Below are positions 15,679-29,093 of a DNA stretch of 64,000 nt, in pieces. Numbering within the stretch: the stretch's first letter is position 1; every line of letters begins with the position of its first letter. The stretch lies in assembly GCF_009914755.1 (NCBI RefSeq), contig NC_060926.1; one strand, written 5' to 3'. The notes under the pieces are model-generated. The model did not search any database, was not told the DNA's origin, and saw only the letters and a program-made list of their open reading frames with translations. This DNA is from the human T2T-CHM13v2.0 reference genome, Homo sapiens. A program made the position numbers and the translations under genes.

Positions 15679-16576
15679 TGGGGCAAGACTCCTTGCAGTG
15701 TTTTTAGATTTTAATTCATTTCCTCTGCTGATTTGAGAAGCATGAACCAATGAATGCCAGGCCCATACCACCTATCAAGCATCATGAATGAGGGCTAGGG
15801 AGAGATGACAGGAGAACTCCTTCAATTTGAGACCCTTGTGAACAGATGAGGCCAGGGGGAAATAGAGGCTGTCCTCAAAAGCAATGTGGTAATGCAAAGA
15901 CCCTGACACATGGAATCAAATGCTATGGATGGAAAATTTAGAACAAATTAGTACCATGACAAGAGCTTCCTTCAATCTCTTATAAATCATTTCCCCCAAA
16001 GAAATGAAACGTGGTTACTAGCTTCAAGGAGGACCCTTTGAGATTGGTATTGTTTGAAACAAAAATATCTCATTTATCCATTACTAATGTTTTTTCTTTT
16101 CAATTCAGTCTATTACTCTTAACAATATACCTTAGGTAATTTATCTCTAGAACTCACTTATTATTTCCTGCCCCATACCTAGCCTTGACCATGAAAAGGA
16201 TTTTTTTTCTGAGTAACAAAATAATTTCAGATTTCAAATAAGGTAATGATAATCTTATGGAAGGTCTGAGCTCAACTATTTGCCAGAAATCTTTTTTCTT
16301 GGTATGAAATACTACTGTCACCTGACCAGAAGGTTTGTTAAAATAGTACTTGAGAATTGTTAGTGTACAGAGAAACCTTTAGGTTGAAAAAAAAAAAAAA
16401 AAAGAATTGTTAGGGCATTGCCTCCATAAATATTTGGCCTAAAATTTGGATAACTTGTTATTAAATTATTGGCTCTTTGTTAAACAGCTATACCATCACT
16501 AGGTGTCATTGTCTAAGAAAAATAGATCAGCATTCATTACCATTCAATTATCTTTGTCTTTAAAAACAAAACACTG

Positions 16577-17617
16577 GAGCTGGTTGTTCAATTTCCATGT
16601 AGTTGTGTGGTTTCGAGTGAGTTTCTTAATCTTGAGTTCTAATTTAATTGCGCTGTGGTCTGAGAGAGTGTTATGATTTCAGTTCTTTTGCATTTGCTGA
16701 GAAGTGTTTTACTTTCAATTATGTGATCAATTTTAGAGTAAGCGCCATGTGGTGCCAAAATGGGCAAAGGACATGAACAGACGCTTCTCAAAATAAGACA
16801 TTTATGCAGCCAACAAACATATGGAAAAAAGCTCAACATCACTGATCATTAGAGAAATGCAAATCAAAACCACAATGAGATACCACATCACACCAGTCAG
16901 AATGGCGATTATTAAAAAGTCAAGAAACAACTGATGCTGGCGAGGCTGTGGAGACATAGGAACGCTTTTACACTGTGGGTGGGAATGTAAATGAGTTCAA
17001 CCATTGTGGAAGTCAGTGTGGTAACTTCTCAAAGACCTAGAACCAGAAATACCATTTGACCCAGCAATCCCATTACTGGGTATATATCCAAAGGAATATA
17101 AATCATTCTGTTATAAAGATATGTGCACGTGTATGTTCACTGAAGCACTATTCACAATAGTAAAGAAACGGAATCAACCCAAATGCCCATCAATGATAGA
17201 CTGGATAAAGAAAATGTGGTAAATATATACCATGGAAATACTATGCAGTCATAAAGAGGAACAAGATCATGTCCTTTGCAGGGACATGGATGGAGCTGGA
17301 AGCCATTATCCTCAGCAAATTAACGCAGGAACAGAAAACCAAACACTTCATGTTCTCACTCATAAGCAGGAGCTAAACAATGAGAACACATGGACACAGG
17401 GAGGGGAACAACACACACTGGGGCCTGTCTGGAGTGGGGGAAGAGCGGGGAGGGAGAGCATCAGGAAAGATAGCTAAATCATGCAAGGCTTAATACCTAG
17501 GTGATGGGTTGATAGGTACAGCCAACCACCATGGCATATGTTTACCTATGTAACAAACCTGCACATCCTGCACATGTACCCTGGAACTTATACTTTTTAA
17601 AAAGTAAAAAAAAAAAA
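16577..17617 (+). mobile_element. 5'-inverted L1PA (roughly L1PA8-11 type 3' UTR)
   Basis: 16577-16756 antisense ORF2 endonuclease segment (HGAYSKIDHII...); 16757-17617 sense ORF2 end, 3' UTR and poly-A; TSD-like aaaaacaaaacactg / aaaaaaaaaactctg. Confidence 0.9.
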
Positions 17618-17703
17618 ACTCTGTAAAGAAAATGGTAATATAAACAGTAAAGAAGCTGTGTTTATATTTACTATCACATTTTTCAATAGAACAAGATTTT
17701 TGA

Positions 17704-17998
17704 AGCCAGGCACGGTGGCTGACACCTGTAATCCCAGCACTTTGGGAGGCTGAGGCAGGTGGATCACTTGAGGCCAGGAGTTCAAGACCAGCCTGGCCAA
17801 CATGGCGAAACCCCATCTCTACAAAAAATACAAATATTGGCGGGGAATGGTAGTGGGTGGCTGTAGTCCCAGCTAATTGGAAGGCTGAGGAAGAAGGATC
17901 ACCTGAGCCTGGGGTCCAGGCTACAGTGAGCTGTGATCTCACCACTGCACTCCAGCCTGGGTGACATAGTGGGACCCTGTCTCAAAAAAAAAAAAAAA
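17704..17998 (+). mobile_element. Alu (AluJ-like)
   Basis: Full dimer. Confidence 0.92.
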
Positions 17999-18197
17999 TT
18001 TTTTTTTGGAAATATGACCCATGAATGACAACTGCATCCCTCACTGATCCCTATTGTTACCACTGTGTATCTAGTTTATTGTTCTGCAAATTGGGGTAGA
18101 CCTAACTCTAGAAATTTTGCAACAGTTTAAACTCTCTCCATCAGTAGTGCACATAATTTTGCTAACGCTGAGTTTATCACTAAAATGGTAAGCCAAA

Positions 18198-18488
18198 GCC
18201 GGGCACGGTGGCTCATGCCTGTAATCCCAGCACTTTGGGAGGCCGAGGCGGGTGGATCCTGAGGTCAGGAGTTCAAGACTAGCCTGGCCAAGTTGGTGAA
18301 ACCCCGTCTCTACTAAAAATATTTTAACAAAATTAGCCGGGAGTGGTGGCAAGCGCCTGTAATCCCAGCTACTCAGGAGGCTGAGGCAGAGAATTGCTTG
18401 AACCCGGGAGGCAGAGGTCGCAGCAAGCCGAAATCGTGCCACTGCACTCCAGCCTGGGCGACAGAGTGAGATTCCATCAAAAAAAAAA
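18198..18488 (+). mobile_element. Alu (AluS-like)
   Basis: Full dimer; TSD ggtaagccaaa. Confidence 0.93.
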
Positions 18489-19005
18489 GGTAAGCCAAAA
18501 AAAGGTAGTATCTATTTTTAAAAATTTATTGTGATATATATCTATGAAATAAATGTATATCTTTTTCTATTTTATATATATGTAAATTTACCACTTAAAT
18601 AGTTTTAAGCATACAATTTTGTGGGATTAATTACATTCACAATGTTGTGCAACCCTATCACTATTTCCAAAGCTTTTATCTCATTAAGCAATAACTCTCC
18701 ATTCTCCCCTCTCCCAAACCTCTCATTTACTTTGTCTCTATAAATTTGTCTATTCTAGATTGTTGATATGAGTGAAATCACCCAATATTTTTTTTGCGTG
18801 TCTGGTTTATTTCACTTAGCATAATGTTTTCAAGGCTCATCCATATGTATCCATTCATCTGTTATGATCAATTGGGTTGTTTCCACCTTTTGGCTATTGT
18901 GAATAATGCTGCTATGAACATTCATGTACAAGCATCTGTTTGAGTCCCTGTTTTCAAATCCCTTGGATGTATACTCAGGAGTAAAGGTGCTAGGTTATAT
19001 GGTAA

Positions 19006-19348
<343 letters not shown>

Positions 19349-19740
19349 TGAGGAACCACTACACTGTGTTCCACAGTGGCTACACCATTCTACATTCCCA
19401 TCAGCAACTCATGAGAGTTCTAGTTTCTCCATATCTTCAAGAATATTTGCTATTTATCTTTCTTTCTTTTCTTTTTGGCTTTTGGTTTTGGGGTATTTTA
19501 AATAATACCCACCCTAACTGGGTGTGAAGTGGTATCTTACTGGGGTTTGATTAGCATTTCCCTAATGACTAATGATGCGGAACACCTTTTCACATGCATT
19601 TTGGCCATTTGTTTACCTTCTTTAGAGAACTGTCTGTTTAAATTCTTCGTCTATTTTTTATTGGGTTGTTTGTCTTTTTGTGATTGAGTTGCAGGAGTTC
19701 TCTATATATTCTGGATGTTAAACTTTTATCAGATATATTA

Positions 19741-20057
19741 TTTTGTTTTCTCTCTTTTTCTTTTCTTTAAAGACAGAGTCTTGCTCTGTCACCCAGCCTG
19801 GAGGGCAGTGGTACAATCATAGCTCATGATAACCTTGGGCTCACTATAACTCTTGGGCTCAAGGGATCTTTCTGCCTCAGCCTCCTAAGTAGCTAGGACT
19901 ACAGGTGCACACAACCATGATCGGCTAATTTTTAAATCTTTTGTAGGGGTCTTGCTATGTTGCCCAGGCTGGTCTTGAACTCCTGGCCTCAAGTGATCCT
20001 CCCATCTCAGCCACCCAAGGTGTTGGGATTACAGACATAAGCCACTGAGCACAGCCC
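19741..20057 (-). mobile_element. Alu (AluJ-like)
   Basis: Diverged reverse dimer. Confidence 0.88.
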
Positions 20058-20574
20058 ATTTTCTCCTATTTTATAGGTTTTTTCACTTTTTTTATAACGT
20101 CCTTTGAGGTGCAAAAGTTTTTCATTTTGACAAAGTGCAATTTATTTTTTTTGTTGCCTGTGCTTTTGGTGTCATATCTAAGAATCTATTTCCAAATCCA
20201 AAGTCATGAAGGTTTCCCCATATGTTTTTTTCTAAGAGCTTTATGGTTTTAACTCTTATACTTAGGTTATTAATCTATTTTGAGTTAATTTTCATATATA
20301 GAGTGTGGTAAGAATCCAACTTCATTCTTTTGCATGTAGTTATCCAGTTGTCCCAGCACAATTTGTTGAAGACTATTCCTTTGCCATTGAATGAACTTGG
20401 CATCCTTATCAAAAATCAACTGGCTATAGATGTATGGGTTTTTTTAGGGAGTCTCAATTATATTCCATTGGTTTATATGTCTATCCTTATGTTAGTATCA
20501 CATTGTTTGATTAATGTATTTTTGTAGTAAGTTTTGAAATCAAGAAGTATGAGTCCTCTGATTTTGTTCTCTCT

Positions 20575-20839
20575 CCGTCTCTGTTTTTGAGACAAGGTCT
20601 CACTCTGTCACCTATGCTGGAGTGCAATGATACAATCATGGCTCACTGAAGCTTTGACCCTCTCGAATAGCTGAGACTATAGGCATGTGCCACCATGCCT
20701 GGCTAATTTTTTAATTTTTTTTGTAGAGATGAGGTCTCATTATGTTGCTCAGGCTGGTCTTGAACTCCCAGGTTTACACAATCGTCTACCTCAGCCTCCC
20801 AAAGTACTGGGATTATAGGCATAAACCACTGCTCCCAGC
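20575..20839 (-). mobile_element. Alu (AluJ-like)
   Basis: Diverged reverse dimer. Confidence 0.88.
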
Positions 20840-21615
20840 ATTTTTTCTCAAGAATTATTTGGCTATTGTGGGAGGTGGGATATGCAATGCATACGAATTG
20901 AATATCAGCTTTTCCATTTCTGCAATAAAAGGTTGTTGGAATTTTGATAGGTATTGCAGTGAATCTTTAGATTGCTTTGAGTAGTGTCGCTATCTTAACA
21001 ATATTGTCTTCCAAGCTATGAACATGGTATTTTTTTCATTTAATTAGGTCTCCTTTAATTTCCTTCAGCAATATTTTATAGTTTTCACTATAGGTAGAAC
21101 CTATTTTAATTGACTTTAAAAATTTTTTTCTGGAGATACTTGGGTTTTTTCATATTTCTATTGGGTATCTGATTTCATCTTCTATAATTACTTGTTTGAA
21201 TTATTTGCCCTACTGCCTCTTGAGATGGCATCTTTTCCTTATTAATTTGCCTTCCCAGTCTTTCTCCTTCAAGTCATTTATTGTTTTGTCATCTGTGGGT
21301 TTCATATATGTATTGAGAATATTTCCTCCCATTCTGTGACTTTCCATTTTTAACAATTCTCTTTTGAAGAGCAAAAGCATTAAATTTTGGTAAGTCCAAT
21401 TTACTGTGTTTTTGAAACCTATTTATAATTCTGTGCCAAATCCAAATTGCTAAGATTTCTTCTATTTTTTTTCTTGCAGTTTTATAATGTTTGTTTTTAC
21501 ACTTGGGTAAGAAAATGGTCTAGGACCCATTTCAAATTAATTTTTATATGGTGTGGGAAGAGTTGAGGTTTATATTTTCCATTTGCCTATCCAATTGTTC
21601 CAGCATGATTTGTAG

Positions 21616-21923
<308 letters not shown>

Positions 21924-22419
21924 GGAAAAAACATTTCTTTCCATCTAATCGCTTTGGTAACTTCATGCCATAGCTGAAAGAAAGGCACTAAGGTCACCCT
22001 TCCCCAAACAGGTTGATGTCCAGCCTGACAACATCTCTGTAGACATTATCTTAAATGCTCAAAGAGAAGTCCTAGGCACAGTTCCACTGACATGGTACCA
22101 GTGTGCCCTACTGTGTCCTGATCAGCCTCAAGGAGGTAGGGCCTGAGATGATCAGGTCAATTCCATTCTTTACCACCAGCTAAATAATTTTCCCTTCCTT
22201 AGTTCATTCTTTTTCTCCCTTTCTCATTCACTCTATCCCCAACATTGCCCTCATTTTCCCCTAGGTGCTATGTGGCTGCACTGTGAACATTTGTACCATG
22301 GATGGTCAAGCGATCCCTTGCATGCAATGATGGCATGAAAAGACTCCATAGGGAAGAGCTTCTTTTCCCCAGGATACCCACCCAATGGGAAAACCTCACT
22401 GTGGAGTTTAGTTTACTTC

Positions 22420-22680
22420 CAGACAGATTAACACTAAATAGACAACAAAGCTGCTATAAACAGTCATATATAGGTTTTTGTATGAACATTTTGGATGGAC
22501 ATTTATTTTCTGTAAATATCTAGGAGTGAGATCACTGGATCATATGTTAAGTGCTTGTTTAACTTCAAAAGAAACTGCCAAACTGTCCTCCAATGTGGCT
22601 GTACCATTTTGCATTTCCACCAGCAATGTTTGCGCGTTCTAGGTGCTCTGCATCCTTGCTAGTGCTTAGTATTGTCAGCT
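22420..22680 (-). mobile_element. Old L1M fragment
   Basis: gaaactgccaaactgtcctccaatgtggctgtaccattttgcatttccaccagcaatg. Confidence 0.7.
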
Positions 22681-22903
22681 TTTTAATTTAATTTTATTTT
22701 TTGAGACATGGTCTCCTGTCACCCAAGCTGGAGTGCAGTGGCACCACCATACCCAGCTAATTTTTTTTTTTTCGTATTTTTAGTACAGATGGAGCTTCAC
22801 CATGTTGGCCAGGCTGGTCTCGAACTCCTGGCCTATACAGTGATCTGCTTGCCTCTGCCTCCCAAAGTGCTGGGATTACAGGCATGAGCCACCACACCTG
22901 GCC
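22681..22903 (-). mobile_element. Alu (internally deleted)
   Basis: Reverse Alu missing part of the right arm. Confidence 0.88.
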
Positions 22904-23580
22904 ATGATTACTGATATTTTTTAAATTGGTTGATTTCATAAGAGTACTGTAAGTTTCTAGATCTCTTGAAAAATCAAATTTGACAACACTAGACTCCAAT
23001 TCCTTAACGTCCTCAATCAGGTGGAGATTAGCAGTAGCTAGCCCTTTTAGGAGGGGCTTGAGAATTCCTATTTCCCACGGCCCCCACCACTCCCACATAC
23101 TCAGCCCAACTTAATTCCCTCCGTGGACATACGAGTTTGTGACTCCTGGTTATGAAGCCATTCTCACAAGATTAGCAAGAATCCTGAACAGAAATGTACT
23201 TTTAATTGTTAGAGACTGCACTTTGACCCACTTTTTAAAAACCTAAATAACACTAGATACTAATCATTTGCATCCCCATTGGTCCTAGAGACAGGATTCC
23301 TGATGTTAGAATCAGGAGGCTTTTGTTTAAGAATTACTTAAGATGTACCTCAGATTCTGAATTCTAGTGACCAGCTGACACCAAGTTTAAAGATCCCCAC
23401 AGAGGAACCAAATCAGGATGAGAATACAGGTTCTTCACCTCCCTGTCCCATGACTTCACCCTGCACTTTTTGATCAGTCAATGATCTCCACACTCCAGCC
23501 CACTCCAAAATCCTAGCCCCAAAATTCCTTGAGGAGATGAATTCGAGGTTTCCTCCAGTCTCTTTATTTGGCAGTCCTAC

Positions 23581-25043
23581 CGCGTCCGCAATTGGTGGGT
23601 TCTTGGTCTCGCTGACTTCAAGAATAAAGCCACAGACCCACGTGGTGAGTGTTACAGTTTTTAAACATGTTGTGTCGGGAGTTTGTTCCTTCAGATGTTC
23701 AGATAGGTCCGGAGTTTATTCCTTCTGGTGGGTGCGCAGTCTCGCTGCCTTCAGGAGTGAAGCTGCAGACCTTCGCGGTGAGTGTTAGAGCTCTTAAAGG
23801 CAGCGCGTCTGGAGTTATTCATTTCTCCCAGTGGGTTGGTGGGTTGGTGGTCTCACTGGCTTCAGGAGCGAGGCTGCAAACCTTCGCGGTGAGTGTTACA
23901 GCTCATAAAGGCAGCACGGACCCAAAGAGTGAGCAACAGCAAGATTTACTGCAAAGAGCAAAAAAAAAAACCAACCCTCTACAGCATTCAATGGGACGCT
24001 AGCGGGTTGCCCAGCCGGCCTGGGCAGCCGGCTTTTATTGCCTTATCTGACCCCACCCACATCCTGCTGATTGGTCCATTTTACAGAGAGCTGATTGACC
24101 CATTTTACAGACAGCTGATTGGTCCGTTTTGACAGGGTGATGATTGGTGCGTTTACAAACCTTGAGCTAGACACAGAGTGCTGATTGGTGCCTTTACAAT
24201 CCTTTAGCTAGACACAAAAGTTATCCAAGTCCCCACTAGATTAGCTAGACACAGAGCACTGATTGGTGTGTTTACAAACCTTGAGCTAGACACAGGTTGC
24301 TGACTGGTGCATTTACAAACCTTGAGCTAGACACAAAGTGCTGATTGGTGCATTTACAAACCCTTAGCTAGACATAAAAGTTCTCTGGAGTCCCCACCCA
24401 ACTCAGGAGCCCTGCTGGCTTCACCTAGTGGATCCCGCGCCAAGCCAGCACCATGGGCGGTGCTGCCTGCCAGTCCTGCACTGGGAGCCGCACTCCTCAG
24501 CCCAAGCACACTCCTCAGCCCTTGGGTGGTCGATGGGACTGGGCGCTGCAGAGCAGGGGGCGGTGCCCATCGGGGAGGCTCAGGTGGTGCCAGAGGCCAC
24601 CATGGGCAGTGGGGGATGGGTAATTGGGCATGGTGGGCTGCAGGTCATGAGCCCTGCCCTGCGGGGAGGCAGCTAAGGCTCAGCAAGAATTCAAGCGGGG
24701 CGGGCAAGCCGGTAGTGTGGGGGCGGGGGGGACCCAGCACACTCTCCACAGCTGCTGGCCTGGGTGCTAAGCCCCTCACTGCCCGGGGTTGGGTCGCTCC
24801 GAGTGTGGGGACTGCCGAGCCTGCGCCCATCTGGAACTGCGTGCAGCCCCATTCCTGCCCACGCCTCTCCCTCCACACCTCCCCGCAAGCAGAGGGAGCT
24901 GACTTCAGCCTTGACCAGCCCAGAGAGGGTCTCCCACAGTGCAGCGGTGGGCTGAAGGGGTTCTCAAGCGTGGCCAGAGTGGATGCTGAGGCTGAGGAAG
25001 CGCCCAAAGCGAGCAAGGGCTGTTAGCCCGTTGTCACTTCTCA
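23581..25043 (-). mobile_element. LTR12-family (HERV9) solo LTR
   Basis: ...gtccgcaattggtgggttcttggtctcgctgacttcaagaat...; tandem ctgattggtg repeats; GC-rich U3; 4-bp TSD ctac/ctat. Confidence 0.93.
24062..24380 (-). repeat. LTR12 U3 tandem repeats with multiple CCAAT (NF-Y) boxes
   Basis: Repeated ctgattggtg-catttacaaaccttgagctagacacagagtg units (~24-41 bp). Confidence 0.88.
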
Positions 25044-25101
25044 CTATGATTAAACCTCTTTCTCTGTTGCAACCCATATCTCAGCTTACAGATTTGCAAT
25101 G

Positions 25102-26098
25102 TGTGGGCAGCAAGCCACCCAGATGCCGAGGCAAGAGACCAAGGGCATGAGCTGTTCCAGTATAATAAAATATAAAATAAGGATAGTTATACTAGATCTA
25201 GATCATAGACATGATTATATATGAATATCATTAATCATTAGTTTGTAGCAATTACTCTTTATTCCAATACTATAATAATCCTCGCTCTATAATCATAACC
25301 TAGGAAAAACCAGGCCATACAGAGATAGGAGCTGAGGGGACATAGTGAGGAGTGACCAGAAGACAAGAGTGTGAGCCTTCTGTTATGCCCAGACAGGGCC
25401 ACCAGAGGACTCCTTGGTCTAGCGGTAATGCCAGCATCTGGGAAGACGCCCGTTGCCAAGCGGACCGTGGTCTAGCGGTAGTGTGTCTAGGAAAAACACC
25501 CACTACTTAGCAGACCGGGAAAGGGAGTCTCCCTTTCCCTGGGGGAGTTTGGAGAAGACTCTGCTCCTCCACCTCTTGTGGAGGGCCTGACATTAGTCAG
25601 GCTCGCCCACAGTTATCTGGAGGCCTAACCATCTCCCTGTGATGCTGTGCTTCAGTGGTCATGCTCCTAGTCCGCCTTCATGTTCCATCCTGTACACCTG
25701 GCTCTGCCTTTTAGATAGCAGTAGCAAAATTAGTGAAAGTACTAAAAGTCTCTAATAAGCAGAAATGGCGGCGTAAGCTGTCTCTCTCTCTGTCTCCTCT
25801 CTCTGTCTGCCTCGGCTGCCAGGCAGGGAAGGGCCCCCTGTCCAGTGGACACGTGACCCACGTGGCCTTACCTATTATTGGACATGGCTCACTCTTCTTA
25901 TCCTGCCCCTTTGTCTTGTATCCAATAAATATCAGTGCAGTCTGGCATTTGGGGCCACTACCAGTCTCCGCATCTTGGTGGTAGTGGTCCCCTGGGCCCA
26001 GCTGCCTTTTCTTTTATCTCTTTGTCTTGTGTCTTCTACACTCTTTCGTCTCCGCACATGGGGAGAAACCCACTGACCCTGTGGGGCTGGTGCCTACC
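25102..26098 (+). mobile_element. LTR13-family (ERVK class) solo LTR, 997 bp
   Basis: Begins tgtgggcagcaagccacccag, ends ...gtggggctggtgcctac; perfect 6-bp TSD gcaatg. Confidence 0.88.
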
Positions 26099-26263
26099 GC
26101 AATGCACATAAGGCAATGGATCTATTACAGTTACAGTGACATCAGTAATATATTACTACTTAATAATGCATCATTTGCAAATGACATTTTCTCCACACTA
26201 AAGCAGGTTCAAAGTTTTCCTGTAATAATAGTATTATCATCCAGTTACATTACAATACATTTT

Positions 26264-27354
26264 TGATGCAGGATTTTTCTCAGTCGCTTTGCTAGCCAGA
26301 GACCACCAGCCAGTGACACCCCTGCCCAGGCCTTGCTTGGGCCTTGGTCTGCCACAGGAGATGCTCCATTTACTCAGCCACCTGGGCCACACCTGGCTTG
26401 CATTCCAGCGCAAATTCCATGGCTGCCACAACTGCGGGCTCAGCCCCTGGTGGGAGAGGGTGTGTGAGCAAGCAAGTACAGGATCCAGCCAGCCATTCCA
26501 AGTGCCAGCACAGGAGCGGGCTCCGTGCAGGGCTTGAGGCTGGACCAGGCATGTTGCAAGCCACCTCCACGGTGGACTCCAGTATCCAGATGAAAGGAAG
26601 TCGGTGACACCCAGGGAGGGATGCCTGCAACCCCAAAGCCCTAGAGGGGGTGTTACAGCATGCTAATAGCCCTTTCAGTCTCACCATCCACAGCCCAACA
26701 GATGGCGGCATGTTAACAGCTCTATCAGTTCTGTTGCCCTGCTCCGGCCCATGGCTCTGGGGCTGGCTCCGCCCTACCGCTGCTTCCTATCACGTGGGGC
26801 GGCTGCCTTCTGCTGGCAGAGGGAAGAGGGTCACAGTGTTACAGGCTTCTTTGTACCTATGTTCTGTGGGTCCTGAGCTCTTGTCCCATGTCAAAGAAGA
26901 ATGAGGATAGGCTGACAATCGAAGGGTGAGGAGGGCAGAGAAGAAGTTTATTGAGTGACAAAACAACTCTCAGCAGAGAGCAGATGTGAGGGTGGCCCCT
27001 TACCCAAAGTCAGATGGTTTCTCCCTCAGTGTGGCTGGGTCCAGGGCTTTTACAAGCTCAGAATGGGGAGTGTGTGCTGATTGGTTTGTGAGTTTCAAAA
27101 AAGGCTAAAACAAAGGCACCACTCAAAGACGGGCATGACAGTGTAAAAAAACAATTAGAGAAGGTTAGGTATATGTAAAATAGGTAAAGCAGGGGGATCA
27201 ATCAGAGGAAAGCATGCCAGGCGGGAAGAGGCATTCTCACCAGTCCGTGGATTTATCCAAGACTTGTAGCTTGGCTTTCAGGCTTTAAACTGTCTTTGGT
27301 CTCACTGGGGGCTCCCCCGTCTGCCTAGGATTTGTCTGCCTCCTGCTGCTATCG
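26264..27354 (-). mobile_element. MER52-family solo LTR
   Basis: tgatgcaggatttttctc...aggatttgtctgcctcctgctgctatc. Confidence 0.8.
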
Positions 27355-27816
27355 CTTTCTTAAGAAAGGACTTGAATCACAGCTATCAAACTGAGAGTTT
27401 TGCATAATCCTAGATATGCCCCAGATGTGTGTGTCTTCCAAGTGAAAACCATCTGTTAACAGTGTCATGGAAGGGGAAAGAATTTATCTTAACATGAAAC
27501 AGAGCTCTCCCCTTGGGGCAATTTCCAGGAGAAGTAAGGAATAATGTGTTACCAAGCCTTTTGTAGGCCTGGAAAGCCTCTTGAAATATGTGACCTTTAG
27601 ACAAGAGACCTTTAGCAATCACCTCTTAACATCACATCACTGTATGTATCATGCTTTAACATGATTGACACTGTCCCATGATACAGCAGAGGGGGCAAGG
27701 AGAAATAAATTGCCTGAAATGGCAAGATAGGCTCCTCTCTATTGCCCAGAACCATATGGAACTACACCAACTTCTTCCATATTCTGAGGAAGTAATTTGG
27801 TGCAGCTCATGGGTTT

Positions 27817-28395
27817 TGTAAACCAAAAAGTGTCGGAGACAAGTCTCAATCAATTTATAAAGTGGATTTTGCCAAGGTTAAGGATATGACCATGACACAG
27901 CCTCAAGAGGTCCTCAGGACATGTGCTCATGGTTGTTGGGTTACAGCTTGCTTTTATACATTTTAAAGAGACATAACACATCAATCAATATATGGAAGAT
28001 TTACATTGGTTTGATGTGGAAGAACAGGACAACTCCAAGGGTGGGGCTTCCAGGTCACAGGTAAATTTAAACATATTCTGATTGGCAATTGCTTGAAATA
28101 GTTATTTTCAACAGGAAGGAAATATCTGGATTAGGAAGATGTTGTAGAGACCTAGGTTTTATCAAGCAGATGAAGTCTCCAAGTAGCAGGCTTTAGAGAG
28201 AAGACTGTAAATGTTTCTTATCAGACTGACAGTCTGTGTTGATGTTAATGCTGGAGGGGAATAATGAGGCATGTCCAACCTCCACTTCCAGTCGTGGCCT
28301 GAACCAGTCTTTCAGGTGAAATTTTAGAGTCCCCTGGCTGAGGAGGAAGTCCATTCAGATGGTTGCAGGGGTTCAAATTTTATTTTTGGTTTACA
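27817..28395 (-). mobile_element. MER4-family solo LTR
   Basis: Inverted termini tgtaaaccaaaaa...tttttggtttaca; tttgccaaggttaagga motif. Confidence 0.85.
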
Positions 28396-28743
28396 TTCTC
28401 TACCTCTTCATAATATCAAGGGGAATTAAAGAAGTATCAAACAAGTCAGGCAGGCATCAAAAGGTGAATAGTGTTCTTACTGCAGTAATTACTGACCCTA
28501 CCAATATCTTTCATCTTCACAGGACCCACAGGTAACAATTAACCCAAGCAATTATTCCCTAAAATTAGGCACCTGCAAAGTTGCTAGAAGGACTCAACTG
28601 CAAGGAGACAGTTTGAGGCAGGTCCAGGAAGGCTGTGTTAAGAAGATTATTTTATCTGAAAAAAAAAAAAAAAAAAAACCCAAAAAAACAGATGGGCAGC
28701 CTACCTTGAGTAATAGAGGTTTTAGTTAAATATATATATGTGT

Positions 28744-29093
<350 letters not shown>

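Larger units (their letters stand above)
23140..26135 (+). mobile_element. Host ERV1-class solo LTR (LTR26/LTR8/MER31-like) split into three pieces: ~23140-23580, 25044-25101, 26099-26135
   Basis: Pieces rejoin to ...ggcagtcctac-gattaaacctctttctctgttgcaa...gcaatg-cacataaggcaatggatctattacagttaca, a typical LTR U5 ending in TTACA; 5' boundary uncertain. Confidence 0.65.

Noticed and set aside
16639-16842. 67-aa ORF with an L1 endonuclease fragment
   Set aside because: A chimeric frame across the L1 inversion junction; the element is truncated and non-autonomous
24062-24380. Repeat-spacer-like pattern resembling a CRISPR array (also 33035-33200)
   Set aside because: Units are contiguous LTR-internal tandem repeats with no unique spacers, no cas genes, and a primate context
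24428-25026. 188-aa and neighbouring ORFs; likewise ORFs in 26237-26904 and 32156-34080
   Set aside because: They lie inside GC-rich LTR12/MER52 U3 sequence; no gag/pol/env similarity
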